Shown: positions 11,777 to 24,599 of the stretch, one piece after another
Position numbering within the stretch: the stretch's first letter is position 1
Layout: every line of letters begins with the position of its first letter
NCBI RefSeq assembly: GCF_030684315.1
Contig: NC_081387.1
Location: 5,560,497-5,624,496 of the forward strand
From: Stegostoma tigrinum
Taxonomy: Eukaryota
Direction: 5' to 3'
Length of the DNA: 64,000 bases
Made by a program: the position numbers and the translations under genes
The notes under the pieces: generated by a model
What the model was told of the DNA's origin: nothing
What the model saw: only the letters and a program-made list of their open reading frames with translations
Databases searched by the model: none

Positions 11777-14700
11777 TGTGCGCAGCGTCAAGTCAACCGC
11801 GAGATGTGTGTCCACGTTGGCCTACCTGACCACCATCAAGGCGGACCTCCTGTTTCTGCAGGAGTGCGGGATACCGCACCTCGGCAGGTACGGGAAATGG
11901 TCCGGCGCCTGGACCTGTGGGCCTTCGATCTGGTCGGGGTTAACGACTGTCGCTCCTCGGGCCTGGCTATTCTGCTGCGGGGGCGCGACTTCACCATCTC
12001 TCAAGTTCAGGAGGTGGTGGGGGGGCGCCTCCTAGTGGCTGACATCACCTACAGGAACGCTCCCCTGAGGCTGATCATCGTGTACACCCCAGTGGTACGG
12101 AGTGAGCGGTTGGCCGTCCTGCAGCGGCTTCCACCCCTGCTGGCTACATCCAGGCCAGTCATCCTAGGCGGAGACTTCAACTGCATCATTGATGCAGATG
12201 GAAGGTTTGGCTTGGGGACAGCGGGTGGGGGGAGTCAACTGGACGCCACGTCCAGATTCCTGATGGGCACGGTGAAGGACGCCAAGCTGCTCGACGTCTT
12301 CAGCACCCCTGCAGACGGAGCGCAGCGGAGGTACACCTGGTCGTGGCCAGATGGGTCTATCCGCTCAAGGATAGACTTCCTGTTTGTGTCACGGGCGTTC
12401 TCGGTCAGGTCCACCGGCGTCGAGCCGGTGTTCTTCTCTGACCACTGCCTCCTGCTGGCCGACTGTCACTTACAGGACGACCAGCTGGCCGGCAAGGGGA
12501 CGTGGAAGCTCAACACGACTCTGTTGACCCCAGAGAACGTCGAGGAGCTTAAGAGGGAGTACGTTGATTGGAGAACCATGAAACCCCTCTTTGAGTCTCC
12601 AGGCGACTGGTGGGAGACGGTGAAGGAGAACATCAAGAGGTTCTTTGTCCTCAAGGGTTTTCGGAAGGCGAGAGAGAGGCGGGGAAAGCTGTCGCGACTC
12701 CAGAAAAGGGTGCAGAACCTGCTCCTTCTGCAGTTGATGGGGGTCGATGTCATGGAGGACCTCCGCGAGGTGAGGGGCCAGCAAGCCTCGCTCTTCGCCG
12801 CGGAGGCCTCCAGGATAATCTTCCAGTCCAGGGTCCGCTCCGTGGAGCAGGACGAGACATGCTTGCGTTTCTTCTTTCAGAAGGTGCACAAAGAGAGCTC
12901 TGTGCTTAGCCGGCTGAAGGAGGACGACGGCTCGATGACGTCGTCTCGGCCCGACATTTTGAGGATCAGCAGATCCTTCTATGCCGGACTGTATGACACG
13001 AAGCCCACGGACAGCACAGCCTCCGAGTCGTTCCTGTCGTCTATCACGGAGGTCTTAGATGACGGCACGAGGGAGTGGCTGGACCGGCCGATGTCCCTGG
13101 ACGAGCTGACCAGAGCCCTCAAGTCCTTGGAGAGGAATAGGACTCCCGGAAGCGATGGCTTACTGGTCGAGCTGTATTCCGCTCTGTGGGGCCTGGTCGG
13201 CCAGGACCTGCTGGAGGTGTACGATAGTGCGCTTTGGGCAGGGGAAATGTGCAAGTCCATGAGGAAGGGCATCATCACCCTCATTTACAAGAGGAAGGGG
13301 GAGAGGGAAGAAATTAAGAATTGGCGTCCCATTTCACTATTGAACGTGGACTACAAAATCCTGGCCAAGGTCAGAGCCAAGACAACAAAATGTGAGGCTG
13401 GATGAACACAGCAGGCCAAGCAGCATCTCAGGAGCACAAAAGCTGACGTTTCAGGCCTAGACCCTTCATCAGAGAGGGGGATGGGGTGAGGGTTCTGGAA
13501 TAAATAGGGAGAGAGGGGGAGGCGGACCGAAGATGGAGAGAAAAGAAGATAGGTGGAGAGAGTATAGGTGGGGAGGTAGGGAGGGGATAGGTCAGTCCAG
13601 GGAAGACGGACAGGTCAAGGAGGTGGGATGAGGTTAGTAGGTTGATGGGGGTGCGGCTTGGGGTGGGAGGAAGGGATGGGTGAGAGAAAGAACAGGTTAG
13701 GGAGGAAGAGACAGGTTGGACTGATTTTGGGATGCAGTGGGTGGAGGGGAAGAGCTGGGCTGGTTGTGTGGTGCAGTGGGGGGAGGGGACGAACTGGGCT
13801 GGTTTAGGGATGCAGTTGGGGAAGGGGAGATTTTGAAACTGGTGAAGTCCACATTGATACCATTAGGCTGCAGGGTTCCCAGGCGGAATATGAGTTGCTG
13901 TTCCTGTAACCTTCGGGTGGCATCATTGTGGCACTGCAGGAGGCCCATGATGGACATGTCATCTAAAGAATGGGAGGGGGAGTGGAAATGGTTTGCGACT
14001 GGGAGGTTCAGTAGTTTGTTGCGAACTGAGCAGAGGTGTTCTGCAAAGCGGTCTCCAAGCCTCTGCTTGGTTTCCCCAATGTAGCGGAAGCCACACTGGG
14101 TACAGTGGATGCAGTATAGGTCATAGCCAACCGGGTCAGGTCTGTCCTGGAGTCAATGATTCACCCTGAACAAACCTGTGCTGTGCCGGGCAGGAATATC
14201 GCTGAGAGCCTCGCGCTCATCAGGGATACGATCGCCTACGTACAGGACAGGCGGGTGGACACCTGCCTCGTCAGCCTGGACCAGGAGAAGGCCTTCGACA
14301 GGGTCTCTCATGCTTACATGAGGGACGTCCTCTCCAAATTGGGGTTCGGGGAGGGCATCCGCAATTGGATCCGGCTGCTCTACGCCAACATCGTTAGCAC
14401 AGTCTCGATCAACGGGTGGAAATCAGACAGTTTTCCTGTTAGATCTGGAGTCAGGCAGGGCTGCCCGCTCTCTCCTGCCTTGTTCGTGTGCTGTGTGGAG
14501 CCCTTTGCCGCATCCATCAGGAAGGACGTGAGCCTGAAGGGCGTGACTATCCCAGGCAGCGGAGGCCTTCAGGTCAAGACCTCCCTGTACATGGACGATG
14601 TCGCCGTCTTCTGCACTGATCGTCGGTCGGTGAGTAGGCTGTTGGACATCTGCGGCCAGTTTGAACTGGCCTCGGGTGCCAAAGTCAATAGGGGTAAGAG

Positions 14701-15895
14701 CGAGGTCATGTTCTTCGGGAACTGGGACGACCGCTCCTTCATCCCCTTCACCGTCAGGACAGACTACCTGAAGGTGCTGGGTGCTTGGTTCGCTGGAGCT
14801 GGGGGGTGCACGAAGACTTGGGAGGAGCATATCACCAAACTGAAGCAGAAGCTGGGCAGGTGGACGCTCTGGTCCCTCTCCATTGCGGGTAAGAACCTTG
14901 TTGTCAGGTGCGAGGGGCTTTCGGTACTGTTGTATGTGGCACAGGCCTGGCCTATTCCCTGGGCCTGCGCCGCTGCAGTCACCCGGGCCATCTTCCACTT
15001 CATTTGGGGATCGAGGATGGACCGGGTCCGCAGGGATACCATGTACAAAGACCTGGAAAATGGGGGAAAGGACATACCGAACGCCACCCTCGCCCTGACG
15101 GCTACGTTTGTGTGCGGCTGCATCAAGCTGTGCGTAGATCCTCAGTACGCAAACACCAAGTGTCACTACTTACTGAGGTTCTACCTGTCCCCGGTGTTGC
15201 CGCGGAACACTCCGAGTAGTTGGACCGTTCCGTACCACCTGTCCTTTGCGGAGAAATTTTTGAAAGGAAACACCTTTGACCATAAGGACGTCAGGCAGTG
15301 GTCAGCACATAGTATCCTCGAGACCCTTCGGGAAAATGAGAGGGTGGATCCCGTCGTGTGGTTCCCCACGCAGACTGCCAAAGTCATTTGGCAGAATGCC
15401 TCATTGCCAGAACTTTCAAACAAGCACGAGGACATTGCTTGGCTGGCGGTGAGAGGGGCTCTGCTAGTGAGATCCTTTATGCATGCCCGGAATCTCTGCA
15501 CCACCGCACGCCGCCCTCGAGGTGGCTGCGGGGGGGATGAGACTGTCGATCACCTCCTTCTGGAGTGTGCCTATGCGCAGGAGGTCTGAAGGGGGATGCA
15601 GTGGTATTTGTCGAGGTTCGTCCCGAGCAGCTCCGTGACGCGGGACTCCGTGCTCTCCGGGCTGTTTCCCGGGACGCACACCAAGACCAACATCAACTGC
15701 GCCTGGAGGACCATCAATGCGGTGAAAGACGCTCTTTGGTCTGCCCGCAACTTGCTGGTCTGCCAGCTGAAAGAACTGACCCCGACCGAGTGTTGCAGAC
15801 TGGCGCACTCCAAGGTCCAGGACTATGTGCTGAGGGACGCGCTAAAGCTTGGGGCAGCCGCCACCAAGGCACGATTGGGAAAGACCACCGTATGA
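11751..15895 (+). pseudogene. Tx1-like ORF2 (endonuclease-reverse transcriptase), disrupted
   Basis: MGVRVASINVRS, LQEC, GGDFN, RIDF, SDH (APE); WRPISLLNVDYKILAK, DQEKAFD, GVRQGCPLSP, YMDD (RT); ETVDHLLLEC. Frameshift near 11940, insertion at 13381-14117, stop at 15587. Confidence 0.93.
13381..14117 (-). mobile_element. Penelope-like element inserted into the Tx1 RT domain
   Basis: 13-bp TSD aggtca(g/t)agccaa at 13368-13380 and 14118-14130. GIY-YIG C-terminal fragment (RRLQEQQLIFRLGTLQPNGINVDF) and hammerhead-type end. Confidence 0.92.
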
Positions 15896-16159
15896 AACCC
15901 CTCGTCCAGAATGGAAACAAGGGCCCTGTCTGGTAACTGGGCCCAACTGGTCAGGGGGCCAACGGGGACTGTGTGGGGTGACGACTGCCGGGGTGTTTTC
16001 TTTGCTTTGTTTTTTTTTCTCTGTTTTGTTTTGTTTTTCCTTTAGTTGGTGTATGTACCCCCTGGGTAACCCGGAGCGGCTTGCATGACTGGGTAGGTGT
16101 ATAAATATGTTTTATTTTTTTGGACATCTTATGAATAAAGTATATTTTTTTCCAACAAT

Positions 16160-16322
16160 CAACAATGGATTCATGGTCATCATTAGACTCTTAGTTCCAG
16201 ATAATTATTGAATTCAAATTCCACCCTCTGCCATGGCAGGATTTGAACCTGGGTCCCCAGAACATTATCTGAGTCTCTAGATTAACTGTCCAGCAATAAT
16301 ACTACTAGGCCATTGCCTCCCC
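16160..16322 (-). mobile_element. tRNA-derived SINE fragment
   Basis: Minus strand has A-box-like tggcctagtagt and B-box ggttcaaatcc. Confidence 0.55.
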
Positions 16323-17044
16323 ATAGAATATGAAGTGTTGTACCTCCAGTTTTCAGGGGCATCTTTGTGCAACTGGAGGAGGACCAGGATGGACATGTCG
16401 TCCAAGGAGTAGGAAGGGAAGTTGAAGTGGTTCGTGACTGGGATGTGTTACCGTTTGTCACAAAACGAGTGTAGGTGCTCCACAAAGCGGTCTCTCAGCC
16501 TCCGCTTGGTTTCCCCAACGTTGAGGGAGCCACATTGGGAACAGTGGATACAATGCACCACGTTAGCAAATGTGCAGGTGAACCTCTGTTTAATATGGAA
16601 GGTTTTCTTGGGGCCTGGGATGGAGGAGTGGGGGGAGGTGTAGGGGCAGGAGTAGCATCTCCTGCAGTTGCAGGGAAAGGTGCTGGTGGTGTAGGAGCTA
16701 GTGGGACCATCCAGTATAAATTCCCAGCTGAGTAGAATGTCATTGCTTCATCAGAGAGTCCACTGGAGATGTCACCGAGCAAAATGATGAAATGTCTGAA
16801 TGAGAACAAGCCAGCTCAGTGAGCAAGTCAACAACCTCAAGGGGAAGTGAATTAAGGAAAATGGAGGAGAGGACATGGAAATTGTAAGTTGGGTGGAATT
16901 TGAAGTTGGGGAACTGGAGGGTGAAGTGGAGCTGAGAAGTAAAATGGCTGGGGGAGGTGGAAATTGGCAAACGAGAGCAGAATTGAAAGGGGGGAATGGA
17001 AGGGCAGTAGTGTAATGGGGGGAAACTGATGAAAAAAATGGTAG

Positions 17045-17267
17045 ACAACAAAATGTGAGGCTGGATGAACACAGCAGGCCAAGCAGCATGTCAGGAGCAC
17101 AAAAGCTGACGTTTCGGGCCTAGACCCTTCATTCAGCTCTCTGATGAAGGGTCTAGGCCCGAAACATCAGCTTTTGTGCTCCTGAGATGCTGCTTGGCCT
17201 GCTGTGTTCATCCAGCCTCACATTTTGTTGTCTTGGATTCTCCAGCATCTGCAGTTCCCATTATCTC
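17045..17267. mobile_element. Palindromic miniature Penelope-derived element
   Basis: About 85-bp near-perfect inverted arms around a short spacer. Exact 15-bp TSD tgaaaaaaatggtag at 17030-17044 and 17268-17282. Confidence 0.88.
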
Positions 17268-19347
17268 TGAAAAAAATGGTAGTGTTGGAGTCAAGACTGT
17301 TAGTGACATGTCCTTGCTTTCATTTTTTTCACAGGAGGCACAGGGCAATTGATATACTAATTGTAAAATTTTGGAGTTAAAGTCAACAACCCACAGGATA
17401 TGATGAAAGAAGACAACTACTTTTCATCAGGTTTTAGTTATTTTTACTGCAGAGTGGCAGATGCCCAGAACCTACTTCTTGAGCAGTCCAGAGTATGAGC
17501 ACTGCCACACCAATGACCTGCCCCAAGTGTGACAGAGCATTGCAGTAGCTGTATCAGACTTCATGGCCACCTACAGACTCAGCCTGAGATTAGAAGAGAG
17601 TCATCCTTGTCTGTGAGGGACAGAATGCCCAGCTGCCTGCAATGGAAAGGGGGATACTGGAGATACAACAACAACTGTGTGAGGCACTGATAGTCCTGTG
17701 TTTGTTGCTGTCCATTTCATTACCCCATTTTCCATTCTCAGCCCCACAAAGTTTATCTATTTTTGTTAATCAATTACATTAGTTTGAGTCATGTTTACGC
17801 ATTCATTAAAAATTGCCTTAAACTTGATGGTCACTATTGCCTTGAAATGCTCTTACTTTCAATCTTATTATCCGCTCTGGTTCGTATACCATTACTCAAT
17901 GTAGTGGTCAATCACTGTTCTTGGGCTTTCTATGTGCTGGATAATAAGAGTTTTCTACATACTGTAGGGATTCCATATTGCATCTGTTCTGTTTCCTCTT
18001 CTACCCAAATAAATATCAGAGTGGTTCAAACCCCTCATTATTATTATTCTCTACTTTATTCTCATTTTCCTAAATTTTGTGCATTGTTTTTCCTCCTACT
18101 TCCTTCAATTACTGTTAGATGACCACAACTACCTTTCAAATTCACCTCCTTGACCAATGCCCCCTCCAAATCTCTTGTTCAAAGTCTTTTTCGCTTTTCA
18201 TCAGTCCTCTTACGTTTTTTGAGAGCTTTCCTGAAACATCAGAAGGGTCTCAACCCAAAACGTCAGCTTTCCTGCTGAAGGGTCTCCACCCGAAACATCA
18301 GCTTTCCTGCTCCTTAAAGCTGCTCGGCCCTGCTGTGTTCATCCAGCTCTACACTTTGTTATCTCAGATTCTCCAGCATCTGCAGTTCCTACTATCTCCA
18401 TCTAAATGTGCATTGTTGTTGTTGTGGTTTGATTTGCTTCAAAGTTTATAGTGCAACCTCACGGCTCGATAGGATTTATACTCAACCATTTTTTTTTCCA
18501 AAGTCCACAGACTGTTTCTTAAACCTCGGTTTGGTGGCAAGATTTCCTTTCAAGTGGAATTAGAAATATTGATCTCCTCATGGGAATGGTTACCCTAGGT
18601 CAAATCAGAAAACATGAGGCCCTTCCTTATATTTATGGCCCATTGTTTGGGATTCCCTGCATTCCAGTTTTATCAAATTACCAAATGAAGAATGACCACA
18701 AACCACCCCCACTTTGACCACCAGATGGCACTTTTCACCAGCCAGTGGAAACAACAGTCTCCACATCTTACACATGAAATTGTTCAGGAATTTTTTAGTA
18801 ATAATGAATTTCCTTTAAAAATATAATGAAATTGGGGTGAATCATATCCCCTGGGTGCATCGTAGCTTTAAATGTAAGATGCAGTTTTTGACAACTTTGC
18901 TTCACAGCATACACGCCAAACCTCCATCTGATAGGAAGTACATCTTGCATTTTTTAAAAAAGCCCACGGGTTTCCCAAACACACTGAAGACCAGAATTAA
19001 AGATCCAGTTCAGTCTCTAGGTCAGAATACATTTCTAAATATTATGCAGTGAAAATCAAAACCTCACTTAGGGGCAGCAAGGACCACCAGTGGATCTTTG
19101 AGCTTTTATTTTGACGTAATTAAGATGGGTCAGAGCAGTATATCTCATTTGCAGGAAGATCTCAGAGTAAAACAGGAGGCACTAAAATAACAATACTATA
19201 TTTTACTCAGTAATATTAGGCACCTGTCCTCCAGTAAAAAAACGTGGACTGCAATTTCCGTACCACAATTTTGCTTTCTTTTGTTTGCAATTTCAGCCTT
19301 AATTTTATTTTTCTTACCTTTGTTTTGGGATGCTCATAATTCATCAT

Positions 19348-19379
19348 TCATCCTCCTGTCGACTGCACTGAGGGTTTGC
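19348..19379 (-). CDS. Probable cytoplasmic-tail exon of MHC class I-like gene B (exon 19379-19318, stop inside)
   Basis: Acceptor ccttattgcag|, phase 1, GKPSVQSTGG*, then donor AAG|gtaaga at 19317. Confidence 0.55.
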
Positions 19380-19949
19380 CTGCAATAAGGTGTTTTTATT
19401 GGATACTGCAAGCTTATGTTGTCTCCCATAACAGAAGAAACTGAACACGGATATTGTGATATTGAAAAATACAACACATGCTGATTACAGCTGACTATTA
19501 TGTACAATTATTGCATTCTCAGGCACATAGGTGTCTGGCCTAACATTAAACTCTTAGATTACAGCAGAGGAGCAAACTGCCCATCCATGTCATGCTTCAA
19601 GTCATCTGAGGTAAGATGGAGTATGAGATCTTTATACCCTAAAGATACAAGCTATGAAACAGCAACATTTTCTTAAAAAAAATGACACAGTGTTCATGAG
19701 GCATATACAGCAGACTCACTTCTTACTTCTTTACTCAGTACTATTGCGGTACTCTTTGCAACACAAATTCTTTTGTCATTTTATGTCTCCTACTTTACAC
19801 CCCATCACAGATTTTCCCACCTTTTCCATTTCATCTACATAAAAATATCACGTCAGACTTGCCCCAGTTTAGATGAGAAATAATCTCCTGAGACTTTAAC
19901 ACTGTTTGTCTTCCCAGTGATGCTCCCAGATCGGCTGAATGTTTTCTGC

Positions 19950-21470
19950 CTTTCTTCCAAAAGGCTGATGTTTTGATGCTGCTATCAGAAGGCACATTCC
20001 AGAGTCTGCACTGGTCACTGAGATCTCTGAAGGCCTTATCAAAAAGCAGATTCCATTTGATGTCCTTATTTATGAAACTGGCAACAGTAGTATAATTATC
20101 TGAAATTAACTTCTCATTAATGTTGCTTCCGTATCCATTTAGCCCTTAGTTCTGGTGATATTCAGCACTGTGCTGTGAGTGCTCCCTGTTTGTACAATCA
20201 CACAGGACACCACAGAAAGGGCACTGCACCCCACAGCCACATAACATTGTGTACAATTCACTGGATGGATCTGTAGGGAAAGAAGTGATTTTCTCAGCAA
20301 TGTCCTACTCCTAATCTTTTAACGCTTTCAGTCAGATCATTTGTTCTGATAATATTTTCAGCTTCTTTTTTAAAGTCCTCGAGTTAATTTTTTCAGACTG
20401 AAAAGCAACAGGTCCCAGTATCTCCTGTGGAATCTGTATCTTGTCTTCCAGTTTTGTTTTAAATGCCAGAATGATCCCGGTCATTGACTTCTCATCAATT
20501 GGAGGTGTTATATCCTTCAGTGTTGCCCTCTCATGGGTGATAATCCCAAGGAGAATGTTCAGTGTGAGAGAGCATAGCAGAGGGACATATTCATGGTTTG
20601 TGGCTTCACAGTGTTGGTGAACTTATTCTTTCAGGCAACCTTTCTAGAATGACACAGTGTGTTGCATATATCAGTAATATTTATCAAAACTGTCTCTCCT
20701 TCAAATGCAGCATTGGATTCAATCTCCTACCTTCCAAATGCTTGTGGTTAATCATTTTTCACCACTGATTGAGACATTGAAAACCACATTTTCTCCAAAC
20801 CTGTATTGGAAATGACTTCTATTTTAATACCATTGTAAATGTTTTCAGACCTTCCTTTCCTTTGTGAACCAGCTTGTTATTCTCATTCATTATTCTCTCC
20901 TTGCAATTGCTCAGCTCCTCCTAATTCTTGAGGATCTGATTTTCTTCCCTTTCTGGGTTAGTTCCAGGAAGCTTTTCAATATGACCACAGTGACTCAGTA
21001 AAATCAATGTTATTCCCCGTTCTTTGCAGTTGATTAGCAGAATATTACCGGGATTACTTGTTACTGTAATTACATCATCTACAGAAATTGTATTGTCTGT
21101 CAGAACCAGACTCAGTTCTCGCTCACTAGGAGTTTGGTTACCTCCAAATGGGTCAGATTTCAGGTTGTGAATCTCTCTGAGCAGGCTCAGTTTCGAGCCA
21201 TGTACGGGATTAGCTCCAGTCCCACATTATTATCCGTGGCTTCCTATTGATGGAGGGTGGGCTCTGTTTCCAGAAATGGTTGCGTGGGAACTAATAAAAA
21301 CAGTAAATAGGTCAACTGCGCAACATTTGAAATAAGTGTAAATGTGGTACTAATATAACAATGATTTAAATGGTTTTTACTAAAATTTGGAATCTCACTT
21401 GTTTGATGTTCTTCCTCAGAATTCCTCTGGCATTGTTGCTGTAGGTTTCGAGTTTTATCTATGGGCAAGA
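19950..21470 (-). pseudogene. GVIN1/VLIG/URGCP-family very large GTPase pseudogene, C-terminal part
   Basis: One frame from about 20700 to 19950 reads SFDKYY*YMQHTVSF*KGCLKE*VHQHC...KITSFPTDPSSELYTMLCGCGVQCPFCGVLCDCTNREHSQHSAEYHQN*GLNGY...EKLI...TTVAS...WNVPSDSSIKTSAFWK. This matches the recalled family signature GC..QCPFC...C...H..H...HRP.GL.GY...W.I..D.S....YWK. The part above about 20700 is less certain. Confidence 0.8.
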
Positions 21471-24400
21471 ATAAGGAGTTTTAACTGTGGGCAAGAATAA
21501 AGAGTTTTAGCTGTAAATGCATTTTAACTGCATGTTCTCCACTTACATGTAGCATCTCTGATGTATCTTACACTATTATTTTATTCACCCTGCTTTTAAG
21601 ATGTGCTGGGGCCTGAGGAAAAGCAGGAGAGAAGCTACAATGGGAAACGGCAAACATAAGAGAAAAAGAAACAAAAAAACAGAAATTACTGGAAATACTC
21701 AGCAGGTCTGGCAGCATCTGTGAAGGGAAATCAGAGTTAACATTGTGGGTCCAGTTACCCTTCTGTTCTGTAGGAGGGAGCATATTATCAGGGTTAGAAG
21801 ATGAGCTAGTGAACAGGAAAAAGAGAGAAGGCATAACTGGGTCATCCTCTGGCTGACAAGAAGTAATGAGTGATGTGCTACAGAGTTCAGGTTTTGGGAT
21901 TTCAACATTAATAGCACGTAAAAGTAATTTCAATGAAGGGACAGAAGGTATGGTTGCTAAATTTGCTGATGCCACTAAGATAGCTGTGGGGAAGAAAATT
22001 GAGAAGGAGATGCAATGAGGCTACAAAAGGATATTGATACGTTAAATGATTGAGCAAAGATGTCTAAAATGGTGTCTCATGAAAATATTGTCCATTTGGT
22101 CAGGAAGAATAAATGTAGTATATTATCCAGGTGGTGAGAGGTTGGACATCTGACATGCGGAGGGATCCGGGCATTCCAATGCACAAATTACAAAAGGTTA
22201 CTATGCAGATAAAAGTCAAGTCACCATAGTCCCACTGGATCATAGGGCTGCTTTCTCATTACAGACAGATGACTGGTGGTGATTTAATCTGAAGGGCACA
22301 ACAGCTTAGGCAATGGGAGACGTCTAGAATAAGAGTCCTTCATGGCAATCTCAGCCAATGTGGGAACTTTGCAAAGTCAGCAGAATATTATTGTTCACTG
22401 CAAGGGGACTGGAATACAAAAGTAAAGAAGTTGTGCTTTATTTATACAGGGATTTGGTGAGACCATGTCTGACTATCGTGTACAATATTACTGTTGTGCT
22501 TGGAGAGGAGAAGGCAGAGAGGAGATTTAATTGATGTTTCAAGATCATGAGGGTTCTGAACAGAGCAGATAAGAAAAACTAATTTCCAATTGTAAAAGGA
22601 ATGAGAACCAAGGGGAATATGGTATAAAGTGTTTTGCAAAATAAACAAATGATAAAAAATAACTTTTCAAACACCAAGTGTTTAGGGTCTAAAATGCCCT
22701 GCCTGGAGACAGGTTCAACTGAAACATTCAAGATGGTGTTGAATAGTTATTTAAACAGGAACAATGAGCAGGATTTTGGGGAAAAGGAAGGAGTTTGGCA
22801 TTAAGTCAAAATGCTTAGAGAGCTGGTACAGACATGATGGGTTGAATGGCACCATTCTGAACCATATGCCTCTGTATCACCCTTTTTTTTTAATGATGGA
22901 AGAAAGTAAATGTGTTGGAAGCAGTTCAGAGATGGTTTACTAGACTGAAACCTTGAGTGAACAGGTTGTCCTTTGAGTGAAGATTGGACAAGTTAGGTTT
23001 GTATTCACTGGACTTCAAAATAATAAGATTGAAACACACAAGATTATGAAAGCTTTTGACAGGGTGCATTAGAAAGGATGCTTCCTCTTGTGGGAATATC
23101 TAGAATACAAGGACAAGGAAGAGTAGGCCATTCAGCCCCTCAAGCCTGCTGTAATATATAGGAAGATCGTGGCTAATCTGATTATGACCTCAAACCACGC
23201 CTGCCTGTCTCTGATAATTGTTCACTGCCTTATTAACAAAGAACCTAACCACCTTTGGTCATAAAAATATTAAAAGACTCTGCTTCCATTGCCTTTTTCA
23301 GGAAGAGAGTTCAAAAGACTCAACACCCTCTGTCATGAATGGTGATCACATTTTTAAACAATGACTCCCTTGTTCAAGATTCTCCTGTGAGACAACATAC
23401 TGTTTTTAAAACCTCATTTGTGGGATATTGGTGGTGCTGGCCATGCCTGTACTTATTGCCCATACCTTGCTGCCTTGACACAGTGGTGGTGAGCTGCCTT
23501 CTTGAAATGCAGCTGTCCCTGTGCCGTAGGTTGACCTACAATGCTCTTAGTGACAGAGTTTTGAATCCTGGAGGTGGTGTGAAGGTGTGGTGGGGGTGTG
23601 GATGGGGTGGGAGTGCGAGCCCAGTATGGCTAAGCACTTAAGAAGGACTACCATGTTGAACTTTAACTTTATTTCTCTATTTTTCTACTTTCTACTGCGA
23701 AGGACTTTAATGTTGAACTCTAATTTTTCTACTTTGTACCTAGGCACCTATGTACCTTAGACGGCACTGGGAATGCGACATTGTACACTCTTCACTGTGC
23801 TCCTGTACCCTGTACTTGAGTACACATGACAATAAATCCAATTCTAATTCTAATTTTAATTCAACACTGAAGGATAAGCAATAGATTTCCAAGTCAGGAT
23901 GCTGATTAGCTTGGTTAGTGGTGTTCCCAGATAACATCCACATTTGTCCTTCCAGATGGAAGTGGTCATGTGTTTGGTAGGTGCTATATAAGACTGTTTC
24001 TTGACTTTCTGCTCTGCATCCTGCAGGTATTGGTATTATGTATTAACAAAATAGGAACGTAAGAAATAGCAGCAGGAGTAAACCATTTGGCCCATCAAGC
24101 CTGCTCCGTCATTCAATAAGATCATGGCTGAACTTCTCATGGACTCAGCTCCACTTAGCTGCTAGCTCACCATAATCCTTAATGCCTTTACCGTTCAAAA
24201 ATTTATCCATCTTTTCCGTAAAAACATTCAATGAATTTTCATGCTGGAGGTTCATGTTGAATGCTTGTGGATGTGGTGCCAAATCAGGCTACTTTGTCCT
24301 GGATGGGGGTCGAGATTGAATATTGTTGGAGCTGCATCCATCCAGGAAAGTGGGAGGTATTCCATCACACTAATGACTTGTACCTTGTAGATGATGGACA

Positions 24401-24599
24401 GGCTCTGGGGAGTCAGGAAGTGAGTTCTTTGCCACAGGAGTCCAAGCCTCTGAGCTCATCTTGTAGCTATGTATTAATATGGGTTGAGTGTCAGTTAGCT
24501 GGGTTGGTTGAACCACTGGTTTGCTGAGTGATGCCAACAGCATAGATTCAATTCACGTCCTGACTGAGGTTACCATGAAGGACTCTCCTCAATCTTTGT

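Larger units (their letters stand above)
10160..16152 (+). mobile_element. Near full-length Tx1-like (L1 clade) non-LTR retrotransposon, inactivated
   Basis: GC-rich 6-kb block with ORF1 (three CCHC knuckles), ORF2 (APE endonuclease, RT, C-terminal Zn finger), T-rich 3' UTR and AATAAA at about 16134. Confidence 0.95.

Noticed and set aside
10281-15920. Many overlapping antisense and alternate-frame ORFs
   Set aside because: By-products of the GC-rich Tx1 coding sequence.
21546-21612. Exon-like segment with good splice signals between the TM and cytoplasmic exons
   Set aside because: No independent support as a class I exon, and it sits at the edge of the GTPase relic. Not excluded as a cryptic exon.
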